Origin: Candidatus Omnitrophota bacterium
Lineage (GTDB): Bacteria > Omnitrophota > Gorgyraeia > JABMRJ01
Assembly (NCBI GenBank): GCA_013202745.1
Contig: JABMRJ010000056.1
Span: 1 to 39,062, forward strand
DNA: 39,062 nucleotides
Reading direction: 5' to 3'
Part shown: piece by piece, positions 1 through 9,164 of the stretch
How positions within the stretch are numbered: position 1 is the stretch's first letter
How the letters are laid out: each line of letters begins with the position of its first letter
Notes under the pieces: generated by a model
Seen by the model: the letters and a program-made list of their open reading frames with translations, nothing else
The model's database searches: none
What the model was told of the DNA's origin: nothing
Program-made: the position numbers and the translations under genes

Positions 1-398
1 TATTCTTCCAGGGAGAGGCTGCCCGGTGACTCACTCTTTGGATTTACCAGGCCTATCCCTGTATCACTTTCAGCCAGGGCAACCATCTTTCCAAGCCATC
101 CTGCCGTCGCGACGGTATCATTATTCATAAGGCATACATAAGGGGACGCCGCCAGCCTCAGGCCCTGATTTGCCGCCTTTATAAATCCCATATTCTCGCT
201 ATTCCTTATCAGCGTAACTGAATCGCGTCCTCTTGCCAGGCCGTTTAGGTATTCCGCCGTATACTCATCACTATTGTTGTCTACCAAAATAAGCCTGTAA
301 GGATAATGTGTAGAACGCTCTATCGCATCTACGCACTTTCTGGTAGCAGTTAGCTGGTTCCAGACGACTATGATTATGTCACACTGAGATTCGTTCAT
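1..398 (-). CDS. Glycosyltransferase family 2 (partial, runs off the left edge)
   Basis: Not in the ORF track; translated by hand from ATG at 398: MNESQCDIIIVVWNQLTATRKCVDAIERSTHYPYRLILVDNNSDE...NMGFIKAANQGL...YVCLMNNDT, with GT2 motifs (VDNxS, NxGF, LNND). Confidence 0.85.
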   Translation of the reverse strand, partial: MNESQCDIIIVVWNQLTATRKCVDAIERSTHYPYRLILVDNNSDEYTAEYLNGLARGRDSVTLIRNSENMGFIKAANQGLRLAASPYVCLMNNDTVATAGWLGKMVALAESDTGIGLVNPKSESPGSLSLEE

Positions 399-1503
399 TT
401 CTCGCATGGCTCTTTACCACCTCAAAGACTTCTCTATAATCTATTCCTCCCAGGCACTTAAGGTCACCACATTTCGGTATCTTAAACCTTCTGTAGCATG
501 GGCTGCAATCTATGCCGCTTTTCAATGCGATATGCTTATCACTCTTAGGGTACGGGCCGTAAACGTTAGGGTCAGAAGGCCCGAATATGGATACCGTCCT
601 CGCACCGGCAGCCGCAGCGATATGGAGCGGCCCGCTGTCATTGCAGACTACTGCATCACACTGCGACATCAGCGCTGCAAGTTGCCCTATGGTCGTAGGG
701 GGCGCTATGACCGGTTCCCCCTCCATCATGCCCTTGATCTCATCTATCAAACCCTCTTCACCGGGTCCCCACATCAAGACTACCTCGGTCCCGGGTTCCT
801 TCATAAGCTTGTCAGAGAGGGCGGCAAAGCTTGAGGCCGGCCATCTCTTAAATACTATATTCTCTTTCCCAAAGCTTATACCGCCTCCGGGTGAGATACC
901 TATAACCCTCTTACCATATAGGCGCTTCTCTTTAAAAAAATTGTCTATATATTCTATATCCATGCTGCCGAACCATATGCCGGAAGGCGCGTCGTATATA
1001 TCGAGGTCTATCAGCCTCAATAGATCCTTATAGTACTCACCTATAGGCTTGTCGTCAAAACCTTTAAACTTCAGTTTGGCCGTCTGGAATCTCCCTCTGC
1101 CCTTATAATCAAACCCTACCCGCTGGGGTACACCTATAAGTTTTAGAAAGAAGCTGTATTGATGGCCAAGCGACATATCTATCGCAATATCAAAACGTTC
1201 TCTCTTAATCTGTTTTGTAAATTCCACAAAACTCTTAAGGGATAATATCTTATTCTCTCTCCATAGCCTCTTCTGGTCGCCTTTTTCAAATACATAAACC
1301 TTGTCCAGCTTAGGGCACTTCTCGATAACATCGTATGTCCTCTTGTTACAGACGAAACATAGGTACGAATCGGGAAAGCGGGTCTTTAGGATCTCTATCA
1401 ATGGCGTAGAGAATATTACATCCCCTATGCCAAATGGGTTTATGAGGAGTATCCTTAAACCTTCTGCACCGCTTTTGGATGTACCCTTTTTACTGCTTCG
1501 CAT
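379..1503 (-). CDS. Glycosyltransferase family 9 (LPS heptosyltransferase WaaF-like)
   Basis: ILLINPFGIGDVIFSTP N-terminus, KRWP motif, and CNDSGPLHIAAA..SIFGPS motif typical of GT9. Confidence 0.9.
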   Translation of the reverse strand: MRSSKKGTSKSGAEGLRILLINPFGIGDVIFSTPLIEILKTRFPDSYLCFVCNKRTYDVIEKCPKLDKVYVFEKGDQKRLWRENKILSLKSFVEFTKQIKRERFDIAIDMSLGHQYSFFLKLIGVPQRVGFDYKGRGRFQTAKLKFKGFDDKPIGEYYKDLLRLIDLDIYDAPSGIWFGSMDIEYIDNFFKEKRLYGKRVIGISPGGGISFGKENIVFKRWPASSFAALSDKLMKEPGTEVVLMWGPGEEGLIDEIKGMMEGEPVIAPPTTIGQLAALMSQCDAVVCNDSGPLHIAAAAGARTVSIFGPSDPNVYGPYPKSDKHIALKSGIDCSPCYRRFKIPKCGDLKCLGGIDYREVFEVVKSHARNERISV

Positions 1504-2582
1504 ATCTGATCCACATCTACCTTATCGTTGCACTTCGGCTCCACACTGCACTCGCTTTTCCAGCACGGTCTGCAGTCTACTTCGGCCGTAATCACCACGC
1601 CTCTGTCGTATAAGTCTATCTCATCTACGCACGAGATGGTAAACCAAGCAATTATCTTCTTTTTGAGGGCAACTGCAATATGTAACCCCAGCGTATCACC
1701 GGTAAGCACAATATCGCACAGGGCCACAAAGAGCAGCCCCTTTCTCAGGCCCTGCTCTGTCGGCGTAGAGATAACCTTGTTCTGCAGTTTTTTCTTAAGA
1801 AGATTGTTATTCTCCGTATCTTCCTTGCCGCCTAACAAGAGTATCTTATCCTGCGGGAATATCTTAGAGAGCTTTTTTAGAAGGAGGAGCTGTTTATCAA
1901 AGCTCAGTTTTTTATACGGATACGTGTTTGAGCAGCCTGTATTGAAACCTATGACTGCCTGGCCTTCTTTTATGCCGGCCTCTTTTTTGTATCTCTCTAT
2001 GAATTCCTTTTCTTTATCCGTAAGGTTTAAGATATATTCGTCTCTTTTATATTCGAGCACCATGGCCTCGCAGAGGAGCTCCTGCTCGGTCTTTTTATTA
2101 TCTTTGAATTTAAGCCGGTCGTTTAACCCCACCTCGTAGAGGTATTCCGCCTCTTTATTAAACGGATATATTACACCGGTCTCCGCTATACCGAAACCGA
2201 GCTTCTCTTTTGCGTCCACAAGGTTTGCGAGTGAACCGCCCACTTTCGATTTATCGACACTCATGACCAGATCAAATTTTTCTGTCAAAAGGAGGATGGC
2301 GCTTTCAGAGGAATACTCAAGCACCCTGTCTATATAATGGTTATTTTCAAGCAGCTTTACAGCACCTTTCGATGAAAGCCATGTTACATGGCTTTCAGGA
2401 TATTTCCTCTTCAACGGATGGAGCATTGCAGTCGTCCTCAGGACATCACCCAGTGCATCAAGGTTTATGATCAATATCCTCGTCCCCATCGGTGAGTAAT
2501 CCCTGCAATCCTGGCATAATTTCCCTGGCGAACACGGCTTATAGCCGCTAAAGAGCCTGCAATCAAGTTTATACTTTTCCAT
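1455..2582 (-). CDS. Glycosyltransferase family 9 with Cys-rich N-terminal extension
   Basis: ILIINLDALGDVLRTT, TGDTLGLHIAVAL and C-terminal CRPC; N-terminal DCRLFSGYKPC..LCQDC. Confidence 0.88.
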   Translation of the reverse strand: MEKYKLDCRLFSGYKPCSPGKLCQDCRDYSPMGTRILIINLDALGDVLRTTAMLHPLKRKYPESHVTWLSSKGAVKLLENNHYIDRVLEYSSESAILLLTEKFDLVMSVDKSKVGGSLANLVDAKEKLGFGIAETGVIYPFNKEAEYLYEVGLNDRLKFKDNKKTEQELLCEAMVLEYKRDEYILNLTDKEKEFIERYKKEAGIKEGQAVIGFNTGCSNTYPYKKLSFDKQLLLLKKLSKIFPQDKILLLGGKEDTENNNLLKKKLQNKVISTPTEQGLRKGLLFVALCDIVLTGDTLGLHIAVALKKKIIAWFTISCVDEIDLYDRGVVITAEVDCRPCWKSECSVEPKCNDKVDVDQICEAVKRVHPKAVQKV

Positions 2583-3840
2583 TTTGCATCCCTACCTTTT
2601 TTATCCCCATTAATAACCCTAACGAGAAATAGAATAATACCACAAGCTTCAGAGAATATAGCGACGTCTCCATGCCGCTATGGAAAAGGAATGACATTAT
2701 CCCGCAGAAGAGCCCGAGATATGCAAATCTCAGGAACTCGTCATTTATTCGCCTCCATGACTTAATCGAAACGACAGCCGTCTTTATTATCATCCAGAGA
2801 AAAGAGAGCAGGCCAAATACCCCTATCTCCGCTGCCATCTGCAGATAACAGTTGTGCGCATACCATATACCTTCTTCATGCGGGCCCCTAAAGGCCTCGT
2901 AATTTGCCATGAATGTGTTAAGCCCCTGGCCTGTAAACGGCCTATCCGCAAACATCCTCCATGCCGTCGCCCACATCCTCAACCTATGCTTCCCTGAGGT
3001 ACCATATGATACGATGTTCGACAATCCTATGGGTTCCTTCAATTCCTTTGGCAAAAACAAGATCAACAATATAATGACCGCTGCCAGGCTAAAGAAGACT
3101 ACACGAAATCTCTTGCCGCTTATCAAGAAAAGAAACAAGGTAAGACCCGCTGCAAAACTTATAAATGCGCCCCTTGTATAAGTGAAGAAGAGCGTATAGA
3201 GGATCAGGGCAACCAGTATATAATTTATCGCCTTAGGTAAAAGATGGTTCTTGTGATCTCCGGTCAAAGAAGAACGTTTTGTAGTATATAAAAATGCGAG
3301 GCTTGCAAACGGAAAGAATACCATAAGCAGCCATGCGCTCAATCCATTCGGAAACTTAAAACAGGATGTTACGCGTTTAAGATTAAACATGCTATATCCT
3401 CTTATAAAATCTATGCCGATAGCCTTCTGATATAGGCCGTCGATACACACGAGGAAGGCCGATGCCGCTAATATGGCAATAAGATTGCGGACTATCCTCT
3501 TCTCGCATGCCATCTCTGCAACGATAAAATAGAGAATTACATACTCGCTAAGTTTGCGCACAAAGGCGCTTGCGCTAATATTAGGATGCGTAGACCAGAA
3601 TATACTCAACAGGCTTATAAAGTAGAATACCGCGATGGGCAAGTTTATATCGGTCCTCAGGCCATCCAATCCCTCCCTACCCAATAGGATCCTCTTTATG
3701 ACCCAACATATTATAGCTAGTGTGGCGCATATCTCTATAAGAGTTTTTGAAACGGGGATTGAGAATAAGAGGATGTAAAGAGACCACTCTATGATCTTAT
3801 TCAGGGTCTTGACCGTACTATTCTTTGCTTTTGGACTCAT
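2569..3840 (-). CDS. O-antigen ligase (WaaL/Wzy_C family) membrane protein
   Basis: Many TM segments with TYTRGA, RLRMW, GQGLNTF and AHNCYLQMAAEIG motifs. Start moved to ATG 3840, which gives an ATGA overlap with the upstream stop. Confidence 0.85.
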   Translation of the reverse strand: MSPKAKNSTVKTLNKIIEWSLYILLFSIPVSKTLIEICATLAIICWVIKRILLGREGLDGLRTDINLPIAVFYFISLLSIFWSTHPNISASAFVRKLSEYVILYFIVAEMACEKRIVRNLIAILAASAFLVCIDGLYQKAIGIDFIRGYSMFNLKRVTSCFKFPNGLSAWLLMVFFPFASLAFLYTTKRSSLTGDHKNHLLPKAINYILVALILYTLFFTYTRGAFISFAAGLTLFLFLISGKRFRVVFFSLAAVIILLILFLPKELKEPIGLSNIVSYGTSGKHRLRMWATAWRMFADRPFTGQGLNTFMANYEAFRGPHEEGIWYAHNCYLQMAAEIGVFGLLSFLWMIIKTAVVSIKSWRRINDEFLRFAYLGLFCGIMSFLFHSGMETSLYSLKLVVLFYFSLGLLMGIKKVGMQNGKV

Positions 3841-4862
3841 CCCTTTCGCCTTCCAGCACTCCCTACCTTGACCATCCCGAGTCTTATACCTAATGCTACC
3901 ATACAAAAAAATGCGACAAGCGCTATCAGGACAGCGGCCAATGGTGTCTTTACTCTGGACAATACAAAACCGGAGAGCCCAAGACAGAAATTTATAAAAA
4001 ATATCAAAAGCACCGCTCTTCTCTTCTTTAAACCCAGGAGTGCCAGCCTGTGAGATGAGTGGTCCTTACCCCCCTGGAATATTGACCTACCCTGGCTTAG
4101 CCTCGATATAATAACGAGTGTCGTATCGAATATAGGGTACCCCAGTATAAAGAAAGGTATGGTCAGAGAGGTAAGCTTTGTGGGCGCTGACCAATTTCCG
4201 AGTATGGCTATGACAGAGAGTAGATAGCCTATGAAGAGGCTGCCTGCGTCTCCCATGAATATATGCGCCTTGGGAAAATTATGCCTCAGGAAACCGAACG
4301 TGCTCCCGCACAGGGCAAACGCAAGGGTTGCTACCATGAGATCTCCCCTTAACCATGCCAGTACGCCGAAGAAAAAGGCAGCTATCATAGTTATGCCTGC
4401 AGATAAGCCATTAAGATTATCGAGAAGATTTATTGCATTCGTTATGCCTATTATCCAGAAACAGCTAAAGAGCATAGAGAGGTAATAATTCTCGATAAAC
4501 TCCACCCTTATGCCCAGCCTGAACACTATCAGAGCAGCCACTATCTGTCCAAAGAGCTTTAATTTCGGCATTATACCGAATCTGTCATCAATTATACCTA
4601 TGGTAAAGAGTATAATACCTCCCGTCAGTATACCTGCAACTTTTTTATCCATTCCTGCAACAAAAATTACAGCCAGGAAATATGCTGTAAAGATAGCCAA
4701 ACCTCCCAATAATGGTGTAGGATGGGCATGCGCCTTTGTGCTCTTTGGCTTGTCGAGGAGGCCTATCTTATTTGCAAAGAGGCCTGCTGCGGGTGTCAAA
4801 AGATAAGATAGTATTGCCGACAAAAAGAGCGCGCTTATTATATCTATAACTGTAAGAAACAT
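3837..4862 (-). CDS. wecA: Undecaprenyl-phosphate GlcNAc-1-phosphate transferase (WecA/TagO, MraY family)
   Basis: PTPLLGGLAI, GIIDD, NAINLLDNLNGL, NFPKAHIFMGDAGS and DHSSHRL motifs. Confidence 0.88.
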   Translation of the reverse strand: MFLTVIDIISALFLSAILSYLLTPAAGLFANKIGLLDKPKSTKAHAHPTPLLGGLAIFTAYFLAVIFVAGMDKKVAGILTGGIILFTIGIIDDRFGIMPKLKLFGQIVAALIVFRLGIRVEFIENYYLSMLFSCFWIIGITNAINLLDNLNGLSAGITMIAAFFFGVLAWLRGDLMVATLAFALCGSTFGFLRHNFPKAHIFMGDAGSLFIGYLLSVIAILGNWSAPTKLTSLTIPFFILGYPIFDTTLVIISRLSQGRSIFQGGKDHSSHRLALLGLKKRRAVLLIFFINFCLGLSGFVLSRVKTPLAAVLIALVAFFCMVALGIRLGMVKVGSAGRRKG

Positions 4863-4873
4863 ACTCTATTCTC

Positions 4874-5848
4874 CTACTTCTCAAAATCTTTTATTATACT
4901 ATCGAGCATCTCATCTATATCCACTTTTGGCTTGAAACCTACATGCTCCTTAATCTTGCTAATATCGGGCTGCCTGTTTCTCATATCTTCAAACCCTTTT
5001 TCGTATGCCTTCTCATAAGGTATGTGGACTATCTTTGAGGTTGAGTCGGTCATCGCCTTTATCTTCTCGGCAAGTTCATTTATGGATATAGATTTGGGAT
5101 TGCCTATATTATATATCTCGCCCACTGCACCTAGGTACTTAGCAAGCGCAATCAGGGCCTTCACTACATCATCTACATAAGTGAAGCTGCGAGTCTGCCT
5201 GCCATCTCCAAAAACCGTAATGGGTTGATTCAATAGCGCCTGTTTAACAAAACGCGGTATGACCATTCCGTATCTGCCTGTCTGTCTCGGGCCGCAGGTA
5301 TTAAATAGCCTCACTACAACGATCGGTAGTTTCTTCTCACGGTAATATGCAAGAGCCAGAAACTCATCGAGCGCCTTTGTGCAGGAATAACTCCATCTTG
5401 AGATACTGGTTGTGCCCAATATCCTGTCGTCATCCTCCCTAAAGGAGGCGTGCCCATCTTTATTCTTGCCGTATATCTCAGAGGTCGATGCCAGTACGAC
5501 CTTCTTCTTTGGATTGCTCTTATTGGCAAGCTCAAGGACGATCTCAGTACCCCTTACATTGGTCTGTATAGATTCAAGCGGGTTGTCTATGATATACTTA
5601 ACACCTACGGCCGCGGCCATGTGATATACCATATCGCTGTCATCTGTCAGTCTCTTCATGAGCCGCTTATTCATGATCGTATCTATGTGGTTCGCGAACC
5701 TCTTATTGTCTTTGAGGTGGCTTATATTGTCCATGCTTCCCGTAGAAAGGTTATCTATGATTACAACCTTATGCCCCTTCTTCAATAAGACATCCGCAAG
5801 ATGCGACCCTATGAAACCTGCACCACCTGTAATAAGAACTCTTCTCAT
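4874..5848 (-). CDS. NAD-dependent nucleotide-sugar epimerase/dehydratase (UDP-glucuronate decarboxylase-like extended SDR)
   Basis: [23 protein letters not shown] (YxxxK) and RLFNTCGPRQ. Confidence 0.85.
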   Translation of the reverse strand: MRRVLITGGAGFIGSHLADVLLKKGHKVVIIDNLSTGSMDNISHLKDNKRFANHIDTIMNKRLMKRLTDDSDMVYHMAAAVGVKYIIDNPLESIQTNVRGTEIVLELANKSNPKKKVVLASTSEIYGKNKDGHASFREDDDRILGTTSISRWSYSCTKALDEFLALAYYREKKLPIVVVRLFNTCGPRQTGRYGMVIPRFVKQALLNQPITVFGDGRQTRSFTYVDDVVKALIALAKYLGAVGEIYNIGNPKSISINELAEKIKAMTDSTSKIVHIPYEKAYEKGFEDMRNRQPDISKIKEHVGFKPKVDIDEMLDSIIKDFEK

Positions 5849-7032
5849 GATATACCTCTCCTGATTAACTCCTCTTCGTATAACGCCTCTATATCTTTAA
5901 AAAGCCTCTCTTTAGAAAATCTTTCGCTGACGGCCGCCTTGCCCCTCTTGCCCATCTCTATACGCATATCTGGGCTGCGCAGAAGTTTGAGAAGCTTATC
6001 GGAAAAGCCTTCGACATCTCCGCTCGGGCTCAAGAGACCTGTGTCATCATTGACGACCACATCAGAGACACCACCTATCCCTGTTGCCACAACAGGCTTA
6101 GACGAAGCCATCGCCTCTATAAGGGATATGGGTGTACCTTCATTAAGGGATGTGAGACACACTATATCAAGATCCTTATATATTAGATCAGGTGATGCCG
6201 CCCATCCGGTGAAGAAGACCTTATCGTCTATCTTTAATTCCTTTGCATAAGCCTCGAGCTCACCCCTTAATGTGCCGTCCCCTACTATCAGGAATCTCAC
6301 GTCTATATCTCTATCTTTAGATATTACCCTCCTGGCCGCTTCGAGAAACATCCTGTGGTTCTTGACCTTCTCGAGCCTTCCCACTATGCCGACCAGTAAT
6401 GTTTCTTTTCTTAAGGAGAACTGCTTCCTCATATTGTCTTTTACATCCCCGTTCAAATATGGCCTGAGATTCAGTCCCAGGGGTATGACTGAGCACTTCT
6501 CAACCGGAGCAATCCTATACGTATCCCTGACATCGTTTAACTGATTATTACTTATCACAACGATCCTGCTCGTAAAAAGGGCCAGGATCTTCTCTATTGT
6601 AATAAAGATAAACGTCTTGGCCCTTCCAAAATAACTATGGAATATGTGGCCGTGGAACGTATGTATCGTGATCGGTACCTTGTTCAAGATAGCCGCTGCC
6701 CTGCCGAGCACCCCGGCCTTTGCAGTATGTGTATGTACTATGTCAGGCTTTATCTTCCTTATCAGGTTGTATAATTTGAAGAATGCACGCATATCATTGG
6801 CAATCCTTATCTCCCTGGAAAGCTCGGAGATCACGAGCGGATCTACACCCATCTGTCTCGCTTGCCCTGTAAGATCACCTTCACCATCAGCTACAGTACC
6901 GGTAACGAGGTATGATAGGAATCTCTCTTTATTGAGGCCCGATGTCAAAAGGATGACATGTGTAGCCGGTCCGCCTACATTGAGCCTGGCGATGATCCTC
7001 AATACCTTTACCCTGCCTCTATTCGTCGTCAT
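5845..7032 (-). CDS. Glycosyltransferase family 4
   Basis: IARLNVGGPA, VHTHTAKAG, HTFHGH and SLNEGTPISLIEAM (Ex7E). The likely start is ATG 7032; the ORF-track start at 7080 overlaps the upstream gene. Confidence 0.9.
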   Translation of the reverse strand: MTTNRGRVKVLRIIARLNVGGPATHVILLTSGLNKERFLSYLVTGTVADGEGDLTGQARQMGVDPLVISELSREIRIANDMRAFFKLYNLIRKIKPDIVHTHTAKAGVLGRAAAILNKVPITIHTFHGHIFHSYFGRAKTFIFITIEKILALFTSRIVVISNNQLNDVRDTYRIAPVEKCSVIPLGLNLRPYLNGDVKDNMRKQFSLRKETLLVGIVGRLEKVKNHRMFLEAARRVISKDRDIDVRFLIVGDGTLRGELEAYAKELKIDDKVFFTGWAASPDLIYKDLDIVCLTSLNEGTPISLIEAMASSKPVVATGIGGVSDVVVNDDTGLLSPSGDVEGFSDKLLKLLRSPDMRIEMGKRGKAAVSERFSKERLFKDIEALYEEELIRRGIS

Positions 7033-7033
7033 A

Positions 7034-7741
7034 TCAGTCGCGGTCTCGTTCCAATTTGCGCTTAAACTCTTCGTTTGCATCTCTTCCTGTAATCTCCGTC
7101 CTCTTCAATTCGTATAGATCCGCAGTAGAGTCGTTTACACCGTCAACAGTGGTACATGCTGCCCTGTAGCCTGCATCTTTTGCAAGCAATGAAACAGCCG
7201 GGTTGTAAAAACCGTATGGATAACTAAAAGTATCTATATCAATACCAAGCGATGAGCTCAGTTCATCCCTGGATGAGAGTAGTTCTTTTTTCGCAGCCTC
7301 GCCCGTAAGGGACCTTAAGTCTACATGATGCATACAGTGAGATCCTATGCGGTGGCCTCTTTCTGCAATCTCTCTGAGATCCATCCACTCCATGCATCTC
7401 CAGTGCTGCCACTCTCTATCCGGATGAGTCTTGGTAGTCCCCAGGAAACTTACCGTTATAAAGAACGTTGCCTTAATGCCGAACTCCTCCATTATAGGAA
7501 CGGCGTTTACTATATTATCCCTGTATCCGTCATCGAATGTGATGACCAGGCCATTGTCAGGTAACGAAGCCCCCTCATCGATATATTGCACAACATCCTT
7601 TAAGTCTAGGATATTAAATCCGTTACCCTTTATAAACTCCATCTGCCTTCTGAAATTATCTATATCTACACGTATGCCGAGTGAATCCCTTTTGTCTATC
7701 CTGCCAACTGAGTGGTACAGCAATATCCTGATGCCGGCCAT
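7034..7741 (-). CDS. Polysaccharide deacetylase (CE4/NodB domain)
   Basis: ILLYHSV, ITFDDGY, IGSHCMHH and FSYPYG motifs. Confidence 0.9.
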   Translation of the reverse strand: MAGIRILLYHSVGRIDKRDSLGIRVDIDNFRRQMEFIKGNGFNILDLKDVVQYIDEGASLPDNGLVITFDDGYRDNIVNAVPIMEEFGIKATFFITVSFLGTTKTHPDREWQHWRCMEWMDLREIAERGHRIGSHCMHHVDLRSLTGEAAKKELLSSRDELSSSLGIDIDTFSYPYGFYNPAVSLLAKDAGYRAACTTVDGVNDSTADLYELKRTEITGRDANEEFKRKLERDRD

Positions 7742-7742
7742 A

Positions 7743-8843
7743 TTATTTAAGAAAATCTTTTATACAACCCGCTACCGCCTCTACTTCCATCTTCTTCAAT
7801 TCAGAGTAGACCGGTACGGCTAATGTATTTGCTGCTGCCCATTCTGAAATCGGAAGATCGCCCTTCCTGTATCCAAGGTCAGAATAACACTTCTGAAGAT
7901 GGAGCGGAATCGGATAGTAGACCCTCGATTCTATGCCTTTAGAGTTGATATATTTAAGCAGGTCGTCTCTCGATTCAGATGCCAGCACATACTGATGGTA
8001 AGTATGCGTATTATATTCTGGAACGAATGGCGTAATGACACTCACTCCGGAGAGCATCTCATTATAATATGCGGCGTTCTGCTGGCGCTTTTCTATCCAT
8101 CCCTGGAGAAATTTCAATTTCACCCTGAGTACTGCCGCCTGTAGGTTATCGAGCCGGCTGTTATAGCCCACTACATCATGGTAATATCTCTTTGTGCTTC
8201 CATGGACACGGAGTACCTTTATCTTCTCCGCAAGCGCTTTGTCGTTCGTCACTACCATGCCTCCGTCGCCAAACCCTCCCAGGTTCTTGCTCGGAAAGAA
8301 GCTGAACGCCGCCAGATCCCCCAGTGAACCGGCCTTCCTGCCTTTATAAGTAGCGCCTATAGACTGCGCGCAATCTTCAATGACCTTCAAACCATTCTTC
8401 TTCGCTATCTCTGATATGGCATCCATATCAGCACATTGGCCATATAGGTGGACCGGCATTATTGCTTTCGTCCTCTTCGTTATCTTAGATTCTATAAGTG
8501 AAGGGTCGATATTATAGGTCTTCCTATCTATATCTACAAAGACAGGCTTGGCATTCAAGTATGATATCACCTCGGCCGTTGCTATAAATGTAAAAGGTGT
8601 TGTAATGACTTCGTCACCCCGCTCAATTCCCAATGCCTTCAAAGAGAGAAACAGTGCATCGGTCCCGGATGCTACTCCTATGCCGTATCGCGCCTGCGAA
8701 AAATGCGCAATTTCATCTTCCAGGCTTCGCACCTCGTTTCCGAGAACGAATGCCTGCTTCTTTATGACGTCCTTCAGGACATTTTCTATCTCGTCCTTTA
8801 TCGATTCATACTGGGTCTTCAGATCTAACAACGGTATCTTCAT
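7743..8843 (-). CDS. DegT/DnrJ/EryC1/StrS family PLP-dependent sugar aminotransferase
   Basis: SGTDAL, PVHLYGQ, IEDCAQS, FSFFPSKNLG (PLP lysine) and GYNSRLD. ATG 8843 is preceded by a GAGGTG RBS; alternative GTG start at 8849. Confidence 0.92.
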   Translation of the reverse strand: MKIPLLDLKTQYESIKDEIENVLKDVIKKQAFVLGNEVRSLEDEIAHFSQARYGIGVASGTDALFLSLKALGIERGDEVITTPFTFIATAEVISYLNAKPVFVDIDRKTYNIDPSLIESKITKRTKAIMPVHLYGQCADMDAISEIAKKNGLKVIEDCAQSIGATYKGRKAGSLGDLAAFSFFPSKNLGGFGDGGMVVTNDKALAEKIKVLRVHGSTKRYYHDVVGYNSRLDNLQAAVLRVKLKFLQGWIEKRQQNAAYYNEMLSGVSVITPFVPEYNTHTYHQYVLASESRDDLLKYINSKGIESRVYYPIPLHLQKCYSDLGYRKGDLPISEWAAANTLAVPVYSELKKMEVEAVAGCIKDFLK

Positions 8844-8854
8844 CTTCACCTCAT

Positions 8855-8923
8855 ATATTGTACCGGGTACAATCTCAATCTCGTACCTGGTACAAGCTCA
8901 ATATTGCACCCGGTACAAGCTAT
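8855..8923. repeat. Three tandem 23-bp units, each containing the palindrome TTGTACC-N-GGTACAA
   Basis: ATATTGTACCGGGTACAATCTCA (8855-8877), ATCTCGTACCTGGTACAAGCTCA (8878-8900) and ATATTGCACCCGGTACAAGCTAT (8901-8923). Copy 1 holds a perfect 17-bp odd palindrome, ATTGTACC-G-GGTACAAT (8857-8873). Confidence 0.9.
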
Positions 8924-9141
8924 TTGTGGTTGAGGAGGATGCTTCTGTGTTTATTCAGTTTTCTCTGTATATAGCCTTTCTTCTCAAGCGCAAGGAGCTT
9001 GTCTATGGCGCCTTTATAAGATACTATGCTGCATCCTTCCTGTATCTCCCTTATATAAGGCGCGCGATTGTTCTTCTCTATATACGCCTTTATAAAGCTA
9101 TAGACCGCGTCCTGCTTCTTTGTTAAAAGATAACTCGGCAT
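8920..9141 (-). CDS. Stand-alone LexA-type winged-helix DNA-binding protein (no peptidase domain), 73 aa
   Basis: LTKKQDAVYSFIKAYIEKNNRAPYIREIQEGCSIVSYKGAIDKLLALEKKGYIQRKLNKHRSILL follows the LexA N-terminal domain pattern (LTxxQ..P..REI..S...L.ALEKKGYI.R.....RSI). A GGAGG RBS lies upstream of the ATG. Confidence 0.8.
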   Translation of the reverse strand: MPSYLLTKKQDAVYSFIKAYIEKNNRAPYIREIQEGCSIVSYKGAIDKLLALEKKGYIQRKLNKHRSILLNHK

Positions 9142-9164
9142 ACTAGATACCTCCGGATCAACTC

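Noticed and set aside
6894-6906. GTACCGGTAAC resembling the 8855-8923 motif
   Set aside because: It has no central spacer base, is imperfect and lies within a coding region, so it is likely chance.
7768-7779. GGCGGTAG on the minus strand resembling an RfaH ops/JUMPstart site
   Set aside because: It lies inside the DegT coding sequence (EAVAG), lacks the downstream TG, and no ops element is present in the short operon leader upstream of ugd.
8855-8923. Palindromic repeats as a mini CRISPR array
   Set aside because: The units are directly tandem with a 23-bp period, have no unique spacers, and there are no cas genes in the window.
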